Shown here: piece after piece, positions 57,923 through 64,000 of the stretch | Position numbering within the stretch: position 1 is the stretch's first letter | Layout of the letters: each line of letters starts with the position of its first letter | Origin: an uncultured Acidobacteriota bacterium | Lineage (GTDB): Bacteria; Acidobacteriota; Thermoanaerobaculia; Gp7-AA8 | DNA length: 64,000 nt | Assembly (NCBI GenBank): GCA_963822445.1 | Contig: CAWGHO010000001.1 | Span: 736,001-800,000, forward strand | Reading direction: 5' to 3' | Program-made: the position numbers and the translations under genes | The notes under the pieces: model-generated | What the model saw: only the letters and a program-made list of their open reading frames with translations | Told to the model about the DNA's origin: nothing | The model's database searches: none

Positions 57923-59521
57923 CTATTCAGCGGCGAGCACATCCCTGATTGCCGAGATCGACGGCGCGAACAGATACGCGGCGCCGGTACTGATCACGAA
58001 GCGGTACGGCATGGGCACTTTCGCTTCCTTTTCTCCCTGCACGAAGTTCGCGACGCGCGAGTCGGGCGGACGGTTGCCGGCCTGGCCGATGATCGGATCG
58101 AAGCCCGCATCGCCGCGCGGCGTGTGCTCCTTGTTCGCCCAGACCCTCCACAGAAATTCGAACTGATCGGTGATCGAGGCCTGGTAGCAGATGAAGAGCA
58201 GGCCGCGGTCTTCCTTCGGCTTCTTGTCGTAGCTCGGGCCGAAGGTGATGCCGCGGCGGATGATCCGCCGGCGCAACGTGCGCGCGCCGTGGCCGATGTC
58301 GGTGGCTTCATCGCGCGGGTTGATCTTGCGGATGTGCGCGGAGATCGGGCAGCGCTGGCCGTCGCCGTCGGCTTCCGCGGGCCGGAAGTGATCGGTCGGC
58401 GTGGCCGGATTCTCCCAGCGCACCGGTGGCGTGTCCTTCCAGAAGAAAAAGCTCTGCTGGGCCTCGCGATCCCCGGCGATGTCCGGATCGGTCTCGCGCG
58501 GCGAGCGCGCCAGCGGGACTCCGTCTTTCCAGCGGCCCACGCACATCGCGCCGAACCGTTCGCGGTCGACGCCGAACCCTTCCGCATTCAGTCTCTCCGT
58601 TCCGAGCTCGATGAATTTCTCGAAGGCCTCCACGTCCTGGCGCAGCCGGCGATAGACGACGTACGAACCATCGACCGCGAATTTCGGCACGAAGCGGGTC
58701 GCGCTCTCTTCCTGGTTCCCGGCCGGAGTGTCGGGACTCTGCCGCGGATAGCCGAGGACGAACTCGCCGGGGTGAATGAGGGGCATGCCCGGTGCGGCGA
58801 AGGTGCTGCCCAGCGGATCGGAGGGATGAATGAGGCGCGGCGTGAGGAACGGCCGCGTCGGCGTGTCCAGCTGTCCGCGAACGCCCGGCTGCGAGATCCC
58901 ATCCTTGAATCCGAAGTGCTCGTGACCGCGCTTCGGTGCGATGGTCGTGTCGCCGCGATCGCGATGGATGATCGTGATCGGGCGGCCGGGCAGGTCGCGC
59001 AACTCTTTCTCGATCTCTTTGACCTTGTCCTTCAGATCTTTCTCGACGTCGGCGGCGATGTTGAGCATCGCGTCGGGCACTTTGTGTCCCGATCCCACCA
59101 TCCAGGTCAGCGGCGAGCCTGGCGTGCCATTCGTCGGATCGCCAATCTCCCCTGCCCGCGCTTCCGCACCGATCACGAATGCGGTCTCCATCGTCCGGAC
59201 GTCTTCCTTGCCAATGAGCTTGGTCAGGCCTTGCGAGGTAAAGGCGATGTTCATCCACAGCGCCCAGAGATCGGGATCGGGAGCCTTGCCACCGTCGACG
59301 CCTTCGCCGCTTCGCGCTTTCCGCATCGTGCGAAAGGCGTCGTTGAATTGCGCGACGGCGTTGAGCGTCGCGAGTCGCGGCGCCAGCGAAGCCAGCCACT
59401 TCTTCACCACGTTGATTTTCTTGACATTGAAACGGAGGAAGAGCAGCGCCACGTGGTCCTTCCGGAACCCGGCCAGACTGTCGCCCTGAATCTCGTTGCC
59501 GCGCAGCAGGGGCTCGCTCAT
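57923..59521 (-). CDS. DyP-type heme peroxidase, no signal peptide
   Basis: EHFGFKDGISQP (GxxDG), GSYVVYRRLRQD, AHIRKINPR, IIRRG, GLLF..YQ, QFEF. Confidence 0.93.
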   Translation of the reverse strand: MSEPLLRGNEIQGDSLAGFRKDHVALLFLRFNVKKINVVKKWLASLAPRLATLNAVAQFNDAFRTMRKARSGEGVDGGKAPDPDLWALWMNIAFTSQGLTKLIGKEDVRTMETAFVIGAEARAGEIGDPTNGTPGSPLTWMVGSGHKVPDAMLNIAADVEKDLKDKVKEIEKELRDLPGRPITIIHRDRGDTTIAPKRGHEHFGFKDGISQPGVRGQLDTPTRPFLTPRLIHPSDPLGSTFAAPGMPLIHPGEFVLGYPRQSPDTPAGNQEESATRFVPKFAVDGSYVVYRRLRQDVEAFEKFIELGTERLNAEGFGVDRERFGAMCVGRWKDGVPLARSPRETDPDIAGDREAQQSFFFWKDTPPVRWENPATPTDHFRPAEADGDGQRCPISAHIRKINPRDEATDIGHGARTLRRRIIRRGITFGPSYDKKPKEDRGLLFICYQASITDQFEFLWRVWANKEHTPRGDAGFDPIIGQAGNRPPDSRVANFVQGEKEAKVPMPYRFVISTGAAYLFAPSISAIRDVLAAE

Positions 59522-60609
59522 CCCTTCCTCCCGTAGCTCTCGGTCTCGTGCGCAGCGTCATCGGCAACGAGGCCGCCGAATACGACATCGCTTCCTCCGC
59601 CGGCGCGGCACTCACGGCCCGTGGCCTGGCTGATCAGACCGGGCTTGCTCACCGAGGCGTAAACGCCGACGGTGGTGCGCTCGGCGATCTGACTGCCCCA
59701 TCGAATCGGCTCGCCGCCGATGGTCACCTGCGAAAGAGTGAAGCCGCGCCCGGGCGGCACCGCAACGCGCGCGCGAACGGGCGGATCGCCGCGCACGTAC
59801 CGGACGAGGTCCTCCGGCGGACTGCCGTCCGGCGTTTTCCAGCCGTCCGTGTCGATGCCGATGATGTAGATACCGACCGGATCCTCCAGCGTGATGAAGC
59901 GCCCCTCGCGGGCGAGTCTGTTGAAGTGCGCGATGACCGTCGGATCGGCGTGATGCGGCCCGCCCAGCGCACAGTCCTGAACGTCGATGACCTCGCCGCC
60001 GCGGAAACGCCACACGATCGCATCCCAGATCAGCCCGAGCGCGGCGGGCAGATTGTTGATGGCGTTGATCATGTGCATCGTGCCGCGGGTGGTGTTGAAG
60101 ATGTTCAGACGGTTGTAGGAGCCGCCCGGACCGCTGAAGATGTCCGCCTCCGTGGCCGCGGGATTGGTCCACGTCCGGTAGAGCGCGGTGATCTCCGCGC
60201 GCGACAGATTGGCGACGAGAAAGTTCCAGTAATCCGGCAGCTCGGTGGTCACGTCGATCGCGGTGACGTTTCCCGAGGAGTCGCGATGGGTGAACCACTC
60301 GGAGTACTCGTTCTGTCCGCGGCTCGAGGGCTGGCGATTCGCCGGCTCATCGGCATGAAGGCGAGCCTCCGCGCGCCGTCGGAAGTCCCAGACATCCTCG
60401 GCGAACGTGAACCAGGGGATGATCCGCCGTTTCGCACCGGCTATGGGCGTCGTCAGCGGATTCACGAGCTGCACGTTCGCCGCACCGACTTCCGCGCGCA
60501 GGTCGGCGATGGATGCGTTGAGGGCGTTGTTGACGATGTCGCTCCACGCCTGCAAGTGGGCATCGCTGGTGACGTCGGTCAATCGTCCCGGAGGCGAGAA
60601 GCGGGGCAT
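59518..60609 (-). CDS. Hypothetical protein translationally coupled to DyP
   Basis: 363-aa ORF, AAGGAGG RBS, ATGA overlap; motif-like QNEYSEW, TTELPDYW, ITLEDPVGIYI. Confidence 0.8.
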   Translation of the reverse strand: MPRFSPPGRLTDVTSDAHLQAWSDIVNNALNASIADLRAEVGAANVQLVNPLTTPIAGAKRRIIPWFTFAEDVWDFRRRAEARLHADEPANRQPSSRGQNEYSEWFTHRDSSGNVTAIDVTTELPDYWNFLVANLSRAEITALYRTWTNPAATEADIFSGPGGSYNRLNIFNTTRGTMHMINAINNLPAALGLIWDAIVWRFRGGEVIDVQDCALGGPHHADPTVIAHFNRLAREGRFITLEDPVGIYIIGIDTDGWKTPDGSPPEDLVRYVRGDPPVRARVAVPPGRGFTLSQVTIGGEPIRWGSQIAERTTVGVYASVSKPGLISQATGRECRAGGGSDVVFGGLVADDAAHETESYGRKG

Positions 60610-60614
60610 GTGAG

Positions 60615-60635
60615 CCCTCCTTGCTTGAAGGAGGG
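60615..60635 (-). promoter_or_regulatory. Hairpin sequestering the Shine-Dalgarno of the 59518..60609 gene
   Basis: mRNA CCCUCCUU-caagc-AAGGAGGG-cucac-AUG, perfect 8-bp stem. Confidence 0.5.
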
Positions 60636-60658
60636 ACCCGCGCGGGAGGTTTCCCTAC

Positions 60659-61510
60659 CTACTTTTGGTAAACCATGTCGTTCTTCAGATGGCGCAGCTT
60701 GAACTGCGTCGACAGCGAGATCAGCGACTCGCTGTGACCGAGCAGCAGGTAGCCGCCATCGATCAGCCGGTTGTAGAAGTTCGTGACCACGACCTTCTTC
60801 GATGCATCGTCGAAGTAGATGATCACGTTCCGGCAGAAGACGACGTCGAGGTGGCCGAGCAGCGAGACGCGCGCTTCGTCGTAGAGGTTCAGGCGGCCGA
60901 AAGAGATGCGGTTGCGGATCTCATCGCGCACTTTCCACGAGCCATCGCCCTCTTTCACAAAGTACTTCTCGCGCAGCAGCGGCGTGGTCGCGCGGAACGC
61001 GTTCTCGCGGTACTGCCCTTTGCGCGCTTTGGCCAGGACCTGCTGGTTGATGTCGCTGGCGAAGATCTCGAACGCGGCGTGGTCGTACCAGCCCGCTTCC
61101 GACAACAGCATGGCAAGCGAGTACGGTTCCTCGCCCGAGGAGCAGCCCGCCGACCAGATGCGGATCTTCTTGACCGTCTTCCGAGAGAGCAGATCGGGAA
61201 CGATCTCCTCGATGAATGCCTGAAGCTGGGCCGGCTCGCGGAAGAAGTAGGTCTCGTTGGTGGTGACGAGGTCGAAGATCTGATCGAACTCCGCGTCGGC
61301 GCGGGGGTCGTACTGGAGGAAGTAGAAGTACTTCTGGAAGGAGTCGAAGCTCATCTCCCGCGCGCGCGGCGAGAGCCGCTTCTGCAGGAGGTACTTGGAG
61401 GAATCGCTGAACCAGATGCCGGACCGCTTGTAGATCTGGTCCCGCAGCAGCCGGAAAACGTCGTCCGGCAGCTCCATGTGATGGTTCAAAGAGAAATTGA
61501 AGTTCGACAT
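60659..61510 (-). CDS. cheR: Chemotaxis protein-glutamate O-methyltransferase
   Basis: TTNETYFFRE, IWSAGCSSGEEPYS, ASDI, FCRNVIIYFD, LLGHSE. Confidence 0.96.
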   Translation of the reverse strand: MSNFNFSLNHHMELPDDVFRLLRDQIYKRSGIWFSDSSKYLLQKRLSPRAREMSFDSFQKYFYFLQYDPRADAEFDQIFDLVTTNETYFFREPAQLQAFIEEIVPDLLSRKTVKKIRIWSAGCSSGEEPYSLAMLLSEAGWYDHAAFEIFASDINQQVLAKARKGQYRENAFRATTPLLREKYFVKEGDGSWKVRDEIRNRISFGRLNLYDEARVSLLGHLDVVFCRNVIIYFDDASKKVVVTNFYNRLIDGGYLLLGHSESLISLSTQFKLRHLKNDMVYQK

Positions 61511-61518
61511 GACCCGGG

Positions 61519-61580
61519 TGATTGATGAGTGATGATTGATGATTGATGAGCTTCATCAGTCATCACTCATCAATCATCAA
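61519..61580. repeat. Inverted short tandem repeat element, 7-mer TGATTGA x4 plus inverted x4
   Basis: tgattga tgagtga tgattga tgattga ... tcatcag tcatcac tcatcaa tcatcaa. Confidence 0.85.
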
Positions 61581-63811
61581 TCGCCCTCGCGTTTCTGCTT
61601 CATGGCCTGCAAGATCGCAGCTATGACGACTTCCCTCCTGCTGTCCGCGGTCCGCCACGCCTCCTCGAGCAGGTCGCGGTACAGATCGCGGTGCTTGACC
61701 AACACCTCGGACACGTCATCGAGAATGGCGCTGTTCTCCAGCGCCTTGAACAACACCGGGAACGACGAGCGGTCGGCGAGCTTGTCCAGCGCCAGCACCG
61801 CGGATTGCTGCACGTACGTGTCGGGATCGTCGATGGCCCGATGGATCATCGGCAGCGCCTCGCGGTCGCCGCGTGCGCCGAGCGCCGTCGCGGCCGCGGC
61901 GCGAATCCGCCAGTCCTCACTCGACAGCGCGGCGTGCAATTTGTCGAACGCATCGCGACCGGGAATCCGCGCGAGTGCGAGCATCGCCGCGCGCTGAATC
62001 TCGGGATCGCTTTCGTCGAGACAGCCGAAGAGCACGTCCTTGACGCGCTGATCCTGCGATTTGCCGAGCGCGTCGATGACGGCGATTCGCACGGGCGCCG
62101 GGTCATTCACGAGATGCCGCATCAGCGGCTCGATGCCCTCGGAATGTTTGTACTCGCCGAGAGCCTGGGCGGCGGCGGTGCGGATCCAGATGTCGCTGTC
62201 GTCGAGTGAGCTGATCAGCGGCTCGAGTCCGGTCTCAGGCCGCAGGCGGACGATGGCGTTGATCGCCGCGAGACGCACCGACGTCGATTCGTCGGCGAGG
62301 GAGAGCACGAGCTGATCGGCGAAACGCTCCTCGCCGAACTTGCCCATCAGCGAGACCGCTTTTTGCCTGATGACCGGATCGCTGTCCTTCGACGCGAGAA
62401 GCAGTTCGTCGTGATAGCCCTCGCCCTGAATGTTGACGAAGACCGAGAGCGAGTTGAGCTTGATCGGAATCGACGGCGACTGCAGCAGCCGCCGGATTTT
62501 CCCGAGGACATCCGCCTGCACTTCAGGAAACGCGGTCACCAGCGCGGAGATGGAGTTCACCGCGGCCTGCTGCGACGCTACGTCTGTGTCGTCGAGCTTA
62601 GCCAGCAGGTAGTCGATCGAATTCGGATGAGGAATCTCGCCGAGCGTCTCGATGGCCAACCGCCGGATCATGGCGTTGTCGTGGTCGAGCAGAGGCATGA
62701 TGCTCGGCAACGTCTCGCGTCCACCGACGACGTTGATCACGCGCAGGAGCAGCGCGAGGATCTCGTCCTCTTCCGCGTTCTGCAGCGCTTCGAGAATCGA
62801 CGGAATCGCGCCGGCGCCGAAATCGATCAAGCCCTGGGCCGCGACTTCGGCGGTGTCGGGCTGGTCGAGATGGCTGATCAGGACGGGCAACGCGCGCTCG
62901 TCGCCGGACCAGCCGAGGAACTTGAGGATGAAGGACTTCACCTCGCGCTTGGGCGTGGTGTGGAGATGCTCGATGAGCGGGAGGATCTTTTCGCGCGGGA
63001 AGGCCTCGCGGAAACGGCTCTGGATGAGCGTCCGCTCGGCCTGTTCGACGATGCGCGGCTTGCTCGCTTCGGCGATCCGCACGAGAGCGCGGAGTGCGGT
63101 CAGATTCAGCTTTTCTTCGTCGGCAATGATTCGCAGAAGGAAGTTGACCGTGCCGACGTCGGCGATCTTTCCGACCGCTTCGAGAACCGGCTTGCGCAGC
63201 GATTTCTCGGCATAAAGCGGCAGCACGGCCGGCAGCGCGGTGCGATCGCCGATCTCGCCGAGGGCTTCGACGACGTGAAACTTCAGCCAGAGGTCTTCCC
63301 GCTGATGGAGAACGCGCATCAGATTCGGCAGCGCCGACGCGTCGCGATATTTGCCGAGGGACGAGACGATCGACGATGCCAGGTTGATGTCATTCTCGGC
63401 GTCGAGCAGCTCGAGGAGGATCGCGAATCCGTCTTTGCTGCGCAGGTCGCCGAGGAGGTTGACCAGCGAAAGGCGGACATCGAGGTCCTTCTCGGTGCGC
63501 AGGCGGCTGACGATCGGCTCGATGGCAACATCACCGATCCGCATCAGAGCCTCGGTCGCCGAATTGCGCTTGCCGGCGTTTTCCGGATCGGCGAGCGAGT
63601 CGAGGAGGCCGCGCACGATGTCCGGCCGCGCGTCGCGAACGAGGCCGTCGACGATGGTCTTGCGGACGCGCCAGTCCTTGTCGCCGAGAAGCTCGAACAT
63701 CAGCGGCAGGTTGCGCTCGCTGGTCGATTGCGCAACCAGGAACGCGGCTTTCTGCCGCGCATCCGGATCGGTGGAACGGGCCTGCTCGATGATCTGCGGG
63801 TCGGCGGTCAT
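61577..63811 (-). CDS. Large HEAT-repeat protein of the che-like cluster
   Basis: Many repeats such as IRTAAAQALGEY, VRLAAINAI, IRAAAATALG. Confidence 0.9.
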   Translation of the reverse strand: MTADPQIIEQARSTDPDARQKAAFLVAQSTSERNLPLMFELLGDKDWRVRKTIVDGLVRDARPDIVRGLLDSLADPENAGKRNSATEALMRIGDVAIEPIVSRLRTEKDLDVRLSLVNLLGDLRSKDGFAILLELLDAENDINLASSIVSSLGKYRDASALPNLMRVLHQREDLWLKFHVVEALGEIGDRTALPAVLPLYAEKSLRKPVLEAVGKIADVGTVNFLLRIIADEEKLNLTALRALVRIAEASKPRIVEQAERTLIQSRFREAFPREKILPLIEHLHTTPKREVKSFILKFLGWSGDERALPVLISHLDQPDTAEVAAQGLIDFGAGAIPSILEALQNAEEDEILALLLRVINVVGGRETLPSIMPLLDHDNAMIRRLAIETLGEIPHPNSIDYLLAKLDDTDVASQQAAVNSISALVTAFPEVQADVLGKIRRLLQSPSIPIKLNSLSVFVNIQGEGYHDELLLASKDSDPVIRQKAVSLMGKFGEERFADQLVLSLADESTSVRLAAINAIVRLRPETGLEPLISSLDDSDIWIRTAAAQALGEYKHSEGIEPLMRHLVNDPAPVRIAVIDALGKSQDQRVKDVLFGCLDESDPEIQRAAMLALARIPGRDAFDKLHAALSSEDWRIRAAAATALGARGDREALPMIHRAIDDPDTYVQQSAVLALDKLADRSSFPVLFKALENSAILDDVSEVLVKHRDLYRDLLEEAWRTADSRREVVIAAILQAMKQKREGD

Positions 63812-64000
63812 TGCGTCCCCGTCTTGATGCGATCCAGCTCTTCCCTCTTCATCTGCACGAATTGCTGGAGGGTCTCGGTGTAGATCTCCGTGTCGCGGCG
63901 CACGCGCAGCGGCACGCGGGAGTCGTAGTACTGGCGGCCTTCGTCGATCTCCTCGCGCAGCACTTCGAAGAAGTTGTTGTCGCGAATGCCCTGCTCCACT
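63808..64000 (-). CDS. C-terminal end of a helical hypothetical protein (gene starts beyond window)
   Basis: EQGIRDNNFFEVLREEIDEGRQYYDSRV..., stop overlaps the HEAT gene ATG. Confidence 0.65.
   Translation of the reverse strand, partial: VEQGIRDNNFFEVLREEIDEGRQYYDSRVPLRVRRDTEIYTETLQQFVQMKREELDRIKTGTQ

Noticed and set aside
57923-59521. Encapsulin nanocompartment system
   Set aside because: No recognisable encapsulin shell gene and no GSL.IGSL-like C-terminal targeting peptide on DyP
18889-61580. Short repeat arrays as CRISPR
   Set aside because: Units are 7-8 nt, tandem and inverted, with no unique spacers and no cas genes

Overview
GC-rich bacterial chromosomal window. Gene content (PagL- and OmpW-type outer-membrane proteins, IPTL-CTERM surface protein, split b6-type Rieske/cyt b complex, HEAT/GAF che cluster) suggests a diderm such as Acidobacteriota; this taxon call is inference. 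From left to right: a beta-oxidation operon (thiolase, PaaI thioesterase, FadB/FadN), SDR, GDSL esterase and TPR genes; an uncharacterised two-gene operon (Cys-rich beta-barrel protein and papain-like C1 peptidase/alpha-beta-hydrolase fusion) next to tRNA-Ala(CGC); a ~1845-aa CSLREA/beta-helix/Calx-beta surface protein that appears to need a non-canonical start; rnz. About 19.9-33.4 kb (EAL regulator, PGM/PMM, ftsY, ClpX-like ATPase, addAB) is full of indels that look like consensus errors. Housekeeping genes follow (marC, DAG kinase-like, arsC, pdxH), then a 14-kb respiratory operon joining a Rieske/cyt b6/subunit IV complex with an octaheme cytochrome c, a cupredoxin-like lipoprotein and an A1-type cytochrome c oxidase. 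The right end is a che-like cluster (HEAT, cheR, pilT, cheB, GAF, cheY; no MCP, cheA or cheW in view) interrupted by an unknown-protein/DyP peroxidase cassette. Non-coding structure is rich: three REP-like palindrome families and six hairpin-forming 'inverted short tandem repeat' elements that share architecture but not sequence. One REP and one tandem-repeat element lie inside addB/addA. No integrase, transposase, rRNA or CRISPR array was seen.
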